A DNA stretch of 64,000 bases from Candidatus Omnitrophota bacterium (GCA_020429915.1 JAGQKV010000015.1:1593-65592), one strand, 5' to 3'; shown: positions 45,966 through 55,695, counted from the first letter of the stretch. The notes: generated by a model from the sequence alone, not told the origin. Numbers and translations are program-made.

Positions 45966-46067
45966 TTGCCGCTCCCAGACTTGAACTGGGACTACCAGCA
46001 CGAGAGTTGGCCCGGCCTCCTACAACCTTGCCAATAACTGGCGTGCGATCCATTACACTAAGCGGCA
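45966..46067 (-). tRNA. tRNA-like gene 3 (aberrant; canonical acceptor, D-arm and T-arm, but the anticodon-stem helix encloses a 37-nt insertion and no 7-nt loop)
   Basis: Minus strand: TGCCGCT-TA-GTGT-AATGGATC-GCAC-G-CCAGT...(37 nt)...GCTGG-TAG-TCCCAG-TTCAAGT-CTGGG-AGCGGCA-A. The T-loop TTCAAGT is canonical. The first base is T1:A72. It may be a pseudo-tRNA or a tRNA-like structured RNA. Confidence 0.35.
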
Positions 46068-46078
46068 TCCCTGTAAAT

Positions 46079-46591
46079 CTATTCCTCCCAAGCGGTTGCG
46101 GGACTATCTTGATTTGGCTCAGGCCACGGGTCAATTTCTGCGATCTTTAAGTCTTTGTCGGCGTTATACTTATAAATTGCCGGGCGTCTTCCTGAGCCGT
46201 CTTTAATCCGCTTTATAATTTCTCTGCTCTCAAGTCGGCTGCATACGTTCGAGAAGAAATTCGGTGAGCACTCAATATCTGGGTGCTTGGTGATAAAAGC
46301 CTCCTCAACATCTGTGTATGTGAATGGGCGTTCGAGTGTTTTGACGAGATCTTCAACTAGGGCTGTGCGGTTTACGGTTCGGCTAGACTTATTGGCAGTC
46401 TTTCCAATATTTCTCGACGAGGATTGGCCATTTTCTGCTGCCGAACCACGCAACACCTCTAGTGCGGCGAGTTTTTCGCGGTACTCTTTTTCGATTTGAC
46501 GCTTAAGTCGTAGGTATGTTTTATCATCAATCATATGCTCCCATCTCCTCTCAGGTGAGTCATATATTAACATAATAAGGTGGTTTGTCAA
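46079..46591 (-). CDS. Hypothetical protein, possibly winged-helix DNA-binding, immediately 5' of the tRNA-like cluster; start uncertain
   Basis: 170-aa ORF in the AT-rich island. C-terminal region FTYTDVEEAFITKHP...FFSNVCSRLESREIIKRIKDGSGRRPAIYK. It is not an integrase. Confidence 0.4.
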   Translation of the reverse strand: MTNHLIMLIYDSPERRWEHMIDDKTYLRLKRQIEKEYREKLAALEVLRGSAAENGQSSSRNIGKTANKSSRTVNRTALVEDLVKTLERPFTYTDVEEAFITKHPDIECSPNFFSNVCSRLESREIIKRIKDGSGRRPAIYKYNADKDLKIAEIDPWPEPNQDSPATAWEE

Positions 46592-46603
46592 AGGGGAAAT
46601 GCC

Positions 46604-46732
46604 ATGAAGGAGAAAAAAAAGAAGCAGTTAGGCAAGGTTATCCCTCCGACCGATCTGTCGGTGGAGGAAGCCTTGAAAAAGGCCTTTGAGGGCGATCAGG
46701 AAGAAAGCCCTAAAGACAATAATGGCAAGTAG
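46604..46732 (+). CDS. Putative small protein (42 aa: MKEKKKKQLGKVIPPTDLSVEEALKKAFEGDQEESPKDNNGK)
   Basis: Not in the track (below its size cutoff). A GGGG/AAAGGGG RBS-like motif lies upstream. The A8 tract sits inside codons 3-6. Confidence 0.25.
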   Translation: MKEKKKKQLGKVIPPTDLSVEEALKKAFEGDQEESPKDNNGK

Positions 46733-46759
46733 ATACGTAGATATTGGTTTTTAAAGTAT

Positions 46760-47386
46760 CTAATTCCCGATGTCTTTTGACTCTGAAACGACTTTGGAAA
46801 CGGGTTCGGGGGGCTTGCGGGAGAAGATTTTCTTAACAAACCGGAACATGACTTTGAGAAACCAGACCGAAAATATAATGAAGATGACGACCAGAATCCC
46901 GGCGATTACCGGGTGCGTGCTGATCAAATACAGCACCCCGATCACCGAGACGTCCTCAGTCACGCTGGCCACGGAATTTGTGATGGGTTCGGGTGAGGTG
47001 TTGATCGCAGCCCGGGCGGTGGCCTTGGTGATGTGGGAGTTAAAGGCGACGGTCCCGGTGACCAGCGCGGTGGCCATTTGTATGGACGGATCCGCCCCGT
47101 TCATGGCCATGTATCCCAGAGTCAGCCCCCCTACCGGACGGATAAACGTATGCGCGGCATCCCAGGTGGAATCTACATACGGGACCTTGTCTGCCACGAA
47201 TTCAATGAGGCACAGGATCACCGCGACCGCGATGACCAGCGGGTGACCGAGCACTTCGAGGTTGCCAGGCAGCTGGATCCATTCCATGCGCTGCGCGATG
47301 CCCAAGCCAGCCACGGTGAGATACAGATTGATCCCGGATGCCCAGGAACTGCCCAGCAGAAAACCCAGTGAACTCAATTCTCCCAC
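46760..47386 (-). CDS. DUF4126-family membrane protein (start uncertain; likely GTG near 47386)
   Basis: Polytopic. The family-like N-terminus is ...ELSSLGFLLGSSWASGINLYLTVAGLGIAQRM.... The upstream 30 codons of the ORF are probably not translated. Confidence 0.55.
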   Translation of the reverse strand: MGELSSLGFLLGSSWASGINLYLTVAGLGIAQRMEWIQLPGNLEVLGHPLVIAVAVILCLIEFVADKVPYVDSTWDAAHTFIRPVGGLTLGYMAMNGADPSIQMATALVTGTVAFNSHITKATARAAINTSPEPITNSVASVTEDVSVIGVLYLISTHPVIAGILVVIFIIFSVWFLKVMFRFVKKIFSRKPPEPVSKVVSESKDIGN

Positions 47387-47512
47387 AGGATGGTCCTCGC
47401 AAATCCGACTATATCGCCGCGCGGCTACGGTGGCGGTAACCGGGGCGCAGACGGATGAAAAAAGGCAACGCCTCATGCAAACATGAAGCGCTGCCTTTAA
47501 TCATGGATTCGT

Positions 47513-48343
47513 TTATGCGGATTGCAATGCGTCTTCCGCTTGTTTAATTACGTGTACATCTCGCTGCGGATACGGAATGGAGCAGCCGGCCTTTTCCAGT
47601 TCGACTTTACCTTTTTCCTGCATATCCCAGTAGACCGCCCAGTAGTCGGCCGGCTTGACCCACGGACGGCAGATGATATTGACCGAACTGTCGCCCAATT
47701 CTGAAACGGCGATGACCGGTGCCGGATCTTTCAGAATACGCTCATCGGCATTCACCAGATCGGTCAGGACCTGCTTGGCGACCTTCAGATCGTCGTCGTA
47801 GGAGACGCCGAAGACCATATCGACACGGCGCTGTTCGATGGCGGAGAAGTTGGTGATGATCCCACCGGTGATCTGACTGTTGGGAACGATAATCTTGCGG
47901 TTGTCCGGATGAGCCAGGATGGTGTTGAAGATCTGGATTTCCTTGACCGATCCCATGGTCCCGCCAGCGTCGATAAAGTCACCGATCTTAAACGGACGGA
48001 AAAGCAGAATCATGACTCCGGCCGCAAAATTGGACAGCGTTCCCTGCAGTGCCATACCCACGGCCAAGCCAGCCGCACCGAGCACGGCGATGAACGACGT
48101 TGTCTGCACGCCCAAACGGCCGATCGCCGCCATAATCGTAAAGATCAGGATTGCGTACTTAACGAGATTAGCGGTGAAGCCAACCAAAGCCTTATCCGTC
48201 TTGGCCGCTTCCATCAACTTCTTGACCAATTTGGCCGCCGTGTTGGCCACCCATTTACCAACCAGGTAAATAATGATGGCGGCGACAAGATTGAGGATAA
48301 AGGGAACCCCGATATCCGTGATCTTCTGGATAATTTCTTCCAT
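47513..48343 (-). CDS. Small-conductance mechanosensitive channel (MscS family)
   Basis: 276 aa. Three N-terminal TM helices, then the MscS beta-domain (…LFRPFKIGDFIDAGGTMGSVKEIQIFNTIL…). Confidence 0.88.
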   Translation of the reverse strand: MEEIIQKITDIGVPFILNLVAAIIIYLVGKWVANTAAKLVKKLMEAAKTDKALVGFTANLVKYAILIFTIMAAIGRLGVQTTSFIAVLGAAGLAVGMALQGTLSNFAAGVMILLFRPFKIGDFIDAGGTMGSVKEIQIFNTILAHPDNRKIIVPNSQITGGIITNFSAIEQRRVDMVFGVSYDDDLKVAKQVLTDLVNADERILKDPAPVIAVSELGDSSVNIICRPWVKPADYWAVYWDMQEKGKVELEKAGCSIPYPQRDVHVIKQAEDALQSA

Positions 48344-48398
48344 TACTGAACTCCTTGTTTTATTGTTGATTCTGTACCGGTCGATTTCCGGCTATTTG

Positions 48399-49004
48399 CT
48401 ATTGATCGGCCCCCATCAGGGCAGCCTTGGCTTCTTCAGCCGTATTGGAGAGCTGGGTTTGGAATTTCTCTGTGGTCTGGTTGGCCAATGCAGCGAGCTT
48501 GGCCTTGGCCTGCGAGATGATCTCCTGAGCCTCAGGGGACTCAGGCTTGATGGCCAGGATACTTTGCGCCTTTTGGGTCGCTTCTTTATATTGTTCATTG
48601 TCCAGCAAAGCGCGGGCCTCGGTAAGCATAGCCTCGACCTTGGACACTATCTCATCGGCCTTGGCCTTGGCGTCGGCAGCGGCCGTCTCCATCTTTTCCT
48701 GCATGGCGGCTGTCTTGTCCTTGATTTGGCGATTGAGCTGTTCGATGTTATCCTGTTGCGCAACTAGGCTTTCAGACGCCGACTGGGTCACATCCGCAAC
48801 CTTCTCTTCGGCCTGGTGGGCCATTTCCCGCGCCCGTTGATTGAAGTCCACCGGATGATTCTCCACCAAACCTCCGGCCTTGGCGACCTTTTCGCGAAAT
48901 GTCTGACGGTCACCCGCCGCTTCGTGCCCGGGGGTGAAATAGCTGTAGGCAAACAGTCCGACCAATGCGAGTACGACGATAATCAGCACGATACTTCCCT
49001 TCAT
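48399..49004 (-). CDS. Membrane-anchored coiled-coil protein
   Basis: 201 aa. N-terminal TM, then an Ala/Glu/Lys/Gln-rich alpha-helical region. It lies downstream of the flotillin gene. Confidence 0.5.
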   Translation of the reverse strand: MKGSIVLIIVVLALVGLFAYSYFTPGHEAAGDRQTFREKVAKAGGLVENHPVDFNQRAREMAHQAEEKVADVTQSASESLVAQQDNIEQLNRQIKDKTAAMQEKMETAAADAKAKADEIVSKVEAMLTEARALLDNEQYKEATQKAQSILAIKPESPEAQEIISQAKAKLAALANQTTEKFQTQLSNTAEEAKAALMGADQ

Positions 49005-49221
49005 GACGTCTCCTTAACTTGGGGTCCGGGTTGATGATTTTTTATCTCTGCTAACATTTCATTGGCTGACAATGGACACGTATTTTACAAAAAAGGCGGG
49101 ATTTTGGCAAGAATAATAATGTTCCAACTTGATTAAACACAGGCGTTTTGAACCCGTCAGCAAAAAGGCGCGCCCCGCCTGAGAGGCGGTGACGCGCCTT
49201 GTTCTTCCACAATAGACCGGA

Positions 49222-50610
49222 CTATTCTTCCGGTTTCGGCTTGGGTGCCGGTTTCGGTTTGTTGACCGTCTTTACTCCTCCGGTCCCTTTGGCCTGTCCG
49301 CCCTCGGATTTCACATCGCCTAGATAGGCGGGCAGATCGATTCCGGCCATACCGGTGACATCGTGGAGCGCCGGTAGGGATTTCACCAAATTACTCATAA
49401 AATTTGCGGTGGAGCTTCCTTTTTCACCGTTGCCGCTGTCCCAGACCGTGACCTTGTCGATCTTGATGTTCTTGATCGCCTCGGTCTGCAGCTGGACGAT
49501 TTGCTCCAGCTTTTCCACGATCAGCATGGTGGCCGCATCCCGGGCATTATCCCCGCAGGAATCGACCAAGCGGTTGTAACCCTCTGCCTTGGCATCCAGG
49601 ACCTTCTGGATACCCTCAGCCTCGGCCGATTTGATGGAGATAATCGCGTCGGCTTCCCCACGTGCTTCACGGCGGTTTTGTTCCGCCCGTGCCTCGGCGT
49701 CGATCTCGATCTTGCGCTTTTCAATCTCCTTGGGAACGACCTGCTCGGCCTCAAGCCGGCGCGTTTCCGCGGAGGCCTTGGCCTTTTGGATCTCGGCGAT
49801 CGCATTCTGTTCGGCCACCTGACCGCGCTGTTCGGCGATCGCTTCCTTCTCCTGCAAGTCCGCATCAAAGCCCGCAATATTGGCCTTGGATTTGTTTTCC
49901 CCTTCCACGGCCTGCGCGTTAAACTCGGCCACACGGATACGGCGTTCCTTATCAGCCTGGGCGGATCCGACCTCACCGAGTTTTTCCTGTTCGGCCACGT
50001 CGATCTTGGCCTGGTTGACCGCGGTCGCCGCGGCTTTCTTTCCGATACTTTCGATATAGCCGGATTCGTCGGTGATGTCGGTGATGTTAACGTTGATCAA
50101 TGTCAGACCGATCTTCCGTAATTCGGGTTCGATGTTGTTACGGATAGCCATCAGGAAGCGTTCGCGGTCCTGGTTGATTTCCTCGATCTTTAGTGAGGCG
50201 ACTGTCAGACGCAGCTGCCCGAAGATGATTTCGGTGGCCATCTTCTCGATCTCATTGGTCGTCAGTTCCAGCAGACGGACCGCCGCATTGTTCATCGCCT
50301 CGGGCGACGTATCGATGGCGATGGTGAACGTACTCGGCACATTGATCCGAATATTTTGGAAGGACAGCGCCCCTTTCAGCGGGATGCTGATCGTCATCGG
50401 GGTCAGGTCCAGGAATTTGGCGTCCTGGATCAGCGGCCACACAAACGCACCACCCCCGTGGAAACACTTGACGGATTGACCTTCCCCTACTTTACCGTAG
50501 ATCGCCAGGATCGCGTTCGACGGGCACCGCTTGTAACGTGACGCCAGGAACATACCTAATCCCAGAATGAAGAGGGAAAAGACAATCACTGTACCGGTTA
50601 AGGAGCCCAT
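49222..50610 (-). CDS. Flotillin-like SPFH/band-7 protein (YqiK/FloT-like)
   Basis: 462 aa. N-terminal TM, SPFH domain, a long EA-rich coiled coil (flotillin repeats), and a Pro/Lys-rich C-terminus. Confidence 0.85.
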   Translation of the reverse strand: MGSLTGTVIVFSLFILGLGMFLASRYKRCPSNAILAIYGKVGEGQSVKCFHGGGAFVWPLIQDAKFLDLTPMTISIPLKGALSFQNIRINVPSTFTIAIDTSPEAMNNAAVRLLELTTNEIEKMATEIIFGQLRLTVASLKIEEINQDRERFLMAIRNNIEPELRKIGLTLINVNITDITDESGYIESIGKKAAATAVNQAKIDVAEQEKLGEVGSAQADKERRIRVAEFNAQAVEGENKSKANIAGFDADLQEKEAIAEQRGQVAEQNAIAEIQKAKASAETRRLEAEQVVPKEIEKRKIEIDAEARAEQNRREARGEADAIISIKSAEAEGIQKVLDAKAEGYNRLVDSCGDNARDAATMLIVEKLEQIVQLQTEAIKNIKIDKVTVWDSGNGEKGSSTANFMSNLVKSLPALHDVTGMAGIDLPAYLGDVKSEGGQAKGTGGVKTVNKPKPAPKPKPEE

Positions 50611-50622
50611 GTTTTCTCCTTT

Positions 50623-51207
50623 CTATATTTGCCGGACCGATATGGTCCGGTCGTCGATAACCTTCACGACTTTGACTGTCTTAAAAGATTCGATGTCGAC
50701 CTTGTCTTCCGACATGGCCTCCAATTCTTTGAGAATTCCGCCCGGCATGGAAACGTTCACTTTGCCGCGGCCCTCAGCCGGGATCCTTTGATAAACACTG
50801 GCATTTAGTCCAATGGTATCTCCAATCTTGAAGACCGCTCCTTTGGAAACGAGCTTTCCTGCCATACGGAAGAGCATGGCCGTAATCCACATCGTAGCCA
50901 AACCCGCAACGATGGCGATCACCGTCGAGACCATCACCGACAGACCAAACTGCTTGTAGGCTGTCAGCCCGGCCCAACCGAACATCATGATGAAAGCGGT
51001 GAGTGTGTTCACGGAGATCAGCTCGAAAGCCGCGTCGGAATGCGTATCGCCGTCCATATCTCCGTCGATCCCATCCATACTACCGTCCATGTCTCCACCG
51101 ACCAGCATCAATATCAACCGGACGGTGAAAAAGACGGTTCCACCCAGGGCACAACTCCAGAATACCTTGGTCAGCACATCCGCTTCGGCAAAAAATTCTA
51201 GGCTCAT
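50623..51207 (-). CDS. NfeD-like / YqiJ-family membrane protein (flotillin partner)
   Basis: Start at the internal Met (MSLEFFAEADV...; cat at 51205-51207). TM helices, then a C-terminal OB-like beta domain. It is the canonical upstream partner of the flotillin gene. Confidence 0.7.
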   Translation of the reverse strand: MSLEFFAEADVLTKVFWSCALGGTVFFTVRLILMLVGGDMDGSMDGIDGDMDGDTHSDAAFELISVNTLTAFIMMFGWAGLTAYKQFGLSVMVSTVIAIVAGLATMWITAMLFRMAGKLVSKGAVFKIGDTIGLNASVYQRIPAEGRGKVNVSMPGGILKELEAMSEDKVDIESFKTVKVVKVIDDRTISVRQI

Positions 51208-51223
51208 CGTCTCATCCCTCCTC

Positions 51224-51715
51224 TCAGGATTTCTTGTCAAATTTGCCGGCCTCACAGGCCCGAACAAATCCTTCGCCGATACACTTGAGGTCTTCCCACT
51301 CCTTGCGTATCCGTTCCGCTTCCTTTATGGTGATGCGCTTGCCTTCGTTGTACGATTGTGAGATCGCGTCGAGGGCCTCGGAGAATTCCTTAATCATGCT
51401 GTGCACATTCTTCAGGACCCGGCCGCCGACGGACGGCAGTTCGTGATCTTGCGGGTTCGGGGCGTAAAAGCCGCCGGCATGACGGCACATCCAGTTGATG
51501 ATCTCGTTGTCCTCGGTAATTTCATGGATCATCTGCAACCGGTCTAACGGGTTGGCCGCGCCGCTGGGCGCGATCTTAGCGGTGTCGTCGGAATCCTGAC
51601 ACCACTTGTAAACTAAGGATTGAGATACGTTCATCCGCGCGGCCACCGCCTTGACGCCGACTTTGTCGATGGCCTTCTTCAGCACTTGATATGACTTTTG
51701 CACAATGGCCTCCAT
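51224..51715 (-). CDS. Hypothetical protein with HTH-like segment (AARMNVSQSLVYKWCQ)
   Basis: 163 aa. It resembles small phage-type regulators. No confident family call. Confidence 0.4.
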   Translation of the reverse strand: MEAIVQKSYQVLKKAIDKVGVKAVAARMNVSQSLVYKWCQDSDDTAKIAPSGAANPLDRLQMIHEITEDNEIINWMCRHAGGFYAPNPQDHELPSVGGRVLKNVHSMIKEFSEALDAISQSYNEGKRITIKEAERIRKEWEDLKCIGEGFVRACEAGKFDKKS

Positions 51716-51804
51716 TCTTCAGGTTCATCCAAAGTATACTCCAATCAAAGTGCCTTGTTAATTACAATCTGGACGCCTTTCTGTAATCGTTTACGAACCG
51801 GATT

Positions 51805-52473
51805 TCAGAATATGACGGGCCGTAACTGATTATAAAAATCCGGCGGTAACTCCTTCTGGGAAAGCGCTTTCAGGCGGCCGATCACGGCGATCCAGCGCTG
51901 GCAATCCTGGTACCCTCCCTTCAATCCGGGCAGGATCACCGCCTGCGGATCCCGGATTTCCGGCAGCAATTGTTGAAAGACCTTGGAGGCGAAAATGACT
52001 TTGACGGTGGTCCCGGGGTCCGCTTTGAGCGCGGCGCGGAAGGCCTCTTCCGCCTCGTCCAGCTGTCCCAGACGCAGCCGCGCAATCCCCAGATTATAGT
52101 GTGACCAGAAATAGGCCGGATTCAATTCAGCCGACTTGGCAAATGCCTTGACGGCTTGGGCGTCTTTTCCCTGCCCGGCCAGACAGTAGCCCAGCATGAA
52201 ATAACCGTTGGGATTCTGCGGGAGATAATCAGTCACCTTCCGATAGTAAAACGCGGTGCTGCGGGCATAGTCCGGATCCATATCGGTTGCCGAACGGTTG
52301 GATGCCGCCAGTTCAGTCAATGCGGGCATATACCGGTTCAGGGCGCGCAGTTTGGCAATCCCCAGGGCCTGGTGATCTTTAACGTATAAAGTCACGGCCG
52401 TGCCCGCAACAATATAGAAAAAACCGACACTCAAGAAGACGGACTTGGCCTTACCTCTAAATCCCGGCTTCAT
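51805..52473 (-). CDS. Membrane-anchored TPR-repeat protein
   Basis: 222 aa. N-terminal TM, then TPR-like repeats (…YFMLGYCLAGQGKDAQAVKAFAKSAELNPAYFWSHYNLGIARLRLGQLDEAEEAFRAALKADP…). Confidence 0.65.
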   Translation of the reverse strand: MKPGFRGKAKSVFLSVGFFYIVAGTAVTLYVKDHQALGIAKLRALNRYMPALTELAASNRSATDMDPDYARSTAFYYRKVTDYLPQNPNGYFMLGYCLAGQGKDAQAVKAFAKSAELNPAYFWSHYNLGIARLRLGQLDEAEEAFRAALKADPGTTVKVIFASKVFQQLLPEIRDPQAVILPGLKGGYQDCQRWIAVIGRLKALSQKELPPDFYNQLRPVIF

Positions 52474-54589
52474 TCGACCCGCCTCCCTTCCGGCGTTCGT
52501 CCCACCACGCCCTTCCGATGCCGACGAACATGGCGTAGAAGATCACTAATATGCTGTAGTGGAATCCGCGGTATCCGGCCCCGCCGAACCGGAATGTCAC
52601 CGTATGCGCTCCGGCCGGCAACGGGATGCCCATAAAAGACCCGTTGGTTTCGCGGATGTGCTGAGGGTGGCCATCGACTGTCGCTTGCCAACGCCGGTGC
52701 CAGTTCTGGTTGAACACCAGAAAGTGCCACGCCGGCTGGTCCGTCTTGAGTTCGACACGATCGACGGTGGCGCGGACGAGTTCGACGCCCGGCGTCGTAT
52801 CCGTTACGGCCTCATAATTCCGCATCCCGTCCCTCAACTTTGGTATCTCCACGACGGAAAGAACGGTCGCCTGGTCTTGGCGTAGGGTGAATTCGCGTTC
52901 CAAAGCGGAATAATCATACGTCCCGCTCATATTCACCGCGACATCATCAAAGAGGATAAACTTGTGCCGCTTGTAATCGAACAGCGCGCTGGGGCGTACC
53001 GCATTGTACAAATCATGATAGTTGCGCAGCGCATAGTACAGGCTGGGCTTGTGGGTATCCGTCGGGATACCCATGATTTCTTTGTTCTGATAGGAACCGG
53101 TGTCGTAGGGATCGTCACCTTTGTACGGTCCGTTGCGCACCGCGGAGTTGACATTCAGGTAGTGGTAAACTTCCAGGGACTGACATCCGACGGCGGCCGT
53201 CAACAGGAACAACCCCACGGCGGGCCGCGTGACCGCGGCTGGTACAACACGCAATACAAAAAAAAGTGCGCTGAACGCAATCATTCCATAGGTACTCCAG
53301 ATCGTATTGCCCCAGATGACCACCATCACGGTGAATACGGCGTGCACGGCCAGTGTCCAACATATCCATCCGCCTGCCGGGTACGGTTTCTCTCGCGCGC
53401 ACAGGTCGTCGAACAGGATCGCCGCCGCCAGCACAAATATCGGCAGCATGGCCAGCCAGAAAAACCAGTGCAGGTTCCGGAAATATTTAAAAAGAAAGAT
53501 GTGCCGGTGCAGGAAATCGTAGACCGGCGTCAAGGCAGGTACGCTGAGTAAAAACAGAAATCCCCCCCACGTTACCAGGAGCAGGAACTTTCTGTTCAAG
53601 CGGACGCCGGCGCCCATCAAAAATATCAGATAAATGAAGCCGGGGAAAAAAATGATCGCGAACTTGAACCGACGCATATCACTGAAGGCGCTGGTATACA
53701 CCAGCTCCTCGAGCATCGCCCATTCGGTGACGGTTTGTTTGCCCACGGCCAGCGCGTGGTCGGAGGCGGCGGTTGACGCCCGTCGCGGCATCACAAACTC
53801 GCCCTCCCGGGCGCTTTGAAAGATTATCGCCGCCGGGATCATCGCCATAATCAGGCTGAAGGCGCAAACTGCGGTCAACACCTTGTGCCGCCAAAGGAAA
53901 GTACCGGCCTCTCGCAGCCGATCCATGGCCCGCCGCGGAAAGAAGGCCGCCCCGAAAACAAGAAACGACGCGAAGATTATCAGAAAATACAAAGGAATAT
54001 ACGTGGTGGCGAGGTTCATCAGGCAATAGGTCAGTCCCAGCAAATTGACCGCTCGCGGGCGGCGAAGAAAATCCAACAAAAAACCGAAGAACCACACTAA
54101 CGGCACACTGACCAGAACAATATAGGAATCAAACTGGCGCGTGCCCAGCGAAGAAAATAAAAACAACAGGAATCCGGCGTAAGCCGCCGTCTTCGTCTTG
54201 AGAACGATGCGGCCCAAAAAGTAGAAGCCCAGCGCCGCCATAAAGTAGTAGATCGCAAGATAGCTCGTGTAAGCGGTCAGATGCGGCATACCGCACCAGC
54301 GCAGGACGACCGGAATCAGGAAGAACGGATTGAAGGAACCCATACGGCGCAGGAAGAATTCGTTGGGCACGCCACCGTTGATACCGGGGTCCCAGAACGG
54401 ATAGACGCCCTTCACCATATTATCGATAAAGAATTTAACGTGCTGGTAGTACCCGACGGCATCGGATTGCAGCGACAAACGGCCGGACACGAAGCCCCGG
54501 AAACATATCAACCATATCAGGAAACTGAAAAGTATCCAGCCGGCCATCTGGCGGCCGGAGGGCGCGTTGGAAGATGCCTCCCGGAGCAT
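52457..54589 (-). CDS. YfhO-family polytopic membrane protein (putative glycosyltransferase of surface polymers)
   Basis: 710 aa with >10 TM helices. The N-terminal region carries the YfhO-like motif DAVGYYQHVKFFIDNMVKGVYPFWDPGINGGVPNEF. Confidence 0.55.
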   Translation of the reverse strand: MLREASSNAPSGRQMAGWILFSFLIWLICFRGFVSGRLSLQSDAVGYYQHVKFFIDNMVKGVYPFWDPGINGGVPNEFFLRRMGSFNPFFLIPVVLRWCGMPHLTAYTSYLAIYYFMAALGFYFLGRIVLKTKTAAYAGFLLFLFSSLGTRQFDSYIVLVSVPLVWFFGFLLDFLRRPRAVNLLGLTYCLMNLATTYIPLYFLIIFASFLVFGAAFFPRRAMDRLREAGTFLWRHKVLTAVCAFSLIMAMIPAAIIFQSAREGEFVMPRRASTAASDHALAVGKQTVTEWAMLEELVYTSAFSDMRRFKFAIIFFPGFIYLIFLMGAGVRLNRKFLLLVTWGGFLFLLSVPALTPVYDFLHRHIFLFKYFRNLHWFFWLAMLPIFVLAAAILFDDLCAREKPYPAGGWICWTLAVHAVFTVMVVIWGNTIWSTYGMIAFSALFFVLRVVPAAVTRPAVGLFLLTAAVGCQSLEVYHYLNVNSAVRNGPYKGDDPYDTGSYQNKEIMGIPTDTHKPSLYYALRNYHDLYNAVRPSALFDYKRHKFILFDDVAVNMSGTYDYSALEREFTLRQDQATVLSVVEIPKLRDGMRNYEAVTDTTPGVELVRATVDRVELKTDQPAWHFLVFNQNWHRRWQATVDGHPQHIRETNGSFMGIPLPAGAHTVTFRFGGAGYRGFHYSILVIFYAMFVGIGRAWWDERRKGGGSNEAGI

Positions 54590-54804
54590 GAAACCCTTTC
54601 CGCGTGGGGATTGGTCGTAACCTGTTTTGAGATAACCCGGGTGAGAAGGAAATTGGGCCTGATTAATGAGGTATTGTAACCAAAACCCGACCGAATCACA
54701 AGCAAAATGCCTGCCGTCAGATAAAGTGAAGTTTGTATATCACGCCCTGACAAATATCAGTATAATGGCGATACCAATAAACGTCCGCAGCAAAGGAGCG
54801 ACGC

Positions 54805-55647
54805 ATGCCCACAGGGAAATCCAAGCCGAAGACCGGATATATCAAAGCCTACAACAACTACGAATTTCTGAATAGCCCCTCCGCCCGGACGATTCGTATC
54901 CTGACCGAGATGGTCGAACCCCGCGAGCGCCTGCGCAAGCATCATGTGCACAACACGGTCGTTTTCTTCGGATCGGCACGTACCCTCCCCCGGGCCACGG
55001 CGCGCAAGAATTTTCGTGCCGCCGAGCAGGCTTACAAGGCGGCGGCCCGCCCGAGCAAACGCCTTAAGGACGATCTCCAAGCGGCCGAGAGTGAACTGAT
55101 GATGTCGCGCTTCTATGAAGATGCCGTCGATCTCGCCGAAAAACTGACGATCTGGTTCAAGGAACCGCTGTTCAAGAGACGGCGCTTTCTGGTGTGCACG
55201 GGCGGCGGCCCCGGAATCATGGAAGCGGCCAACCGCGGCGCCAAGAAGGCCAAGGGCGAGTCGGTGGGGTTAAATATCAGCCTCCCGCTCGAACAGGACC
55301 CCAACCCGTACCAAACCAGAGACATCTCCTTCGAATTTCACTACTTCTTTATCCGTAAATTCTGGTTCTTCTATCTGTCCAAGGCGATGATCGTGTTTCC
55401 GGGGGGATTCGGCACCCTCGATGAACTCTTCGAATTGCTGACACTCGTGCAAACCGAAAAGACCAGGAAGTACATGCCCATCGTGCTCTATGGAAAGGAT
55501 TATTGGAATGAAGTGGTAAACTTTCAGGCCCTCGCCCATTGGGGGATGGTGAGCCCGCAGGACCTGAAACTCTTTAAGATTTGCGACGACGTGGACTCCG
55601 CCTTCAATTATCTTCAGGCGGAGCTGAAAAAGCACCATCTCCAGTAG
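54805..55647 (+). CDS. LOG-family protein (lysine-decarboxylase-like / nucleotide 5'-monophosphate nucleosidase fold)
   Basis: 280 aa. LOG signature GGGPGIMEAANRGA and …FPGGFGTLDELFE… motif. Confidence 0.8.
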   Translation: MPTGKSKPKTGYIKAYNNYEFLNSPSARTIRILTEMVEPRERLRKHHVHNTVVFFGSARTLPRATARKNFRAAEQAYKAAARPSKRLKDDLQAAESELMMSRFYEDAVDLAEKLTIWFKEPLFKRRRFLVCTGGGPGIMEAANRGAKKAKGESVGLNISLPLEQDPNPYQTRDISFEFHYFFIRKFWFFYLSKAMIVFPGGFGTLDELFELLTLVQTEKTRKYMPIVLYGKDYWNEVVNFQALAHWGMVSPQDLKLFKICDDVDSAFNYLQAELKKHHLQ

Positions 55648-55695
55648 GCACGGCCGTCACTTACCGTTTGCGGCTGAAGTAAACGACCGCCCCCA

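Larger units (their letters stand above)
43690..46760. other. AT-rich segment (markedly lower GC than the flanks) containing the IS element, tRNA-like genes and small ORFs; a putative horizontally acquired island or integration hotspot
   Basis: Visual inspection: long A/T runs and an AT-rich codon style here, against ~60% GC elsewhere. Confidence 0.6.
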
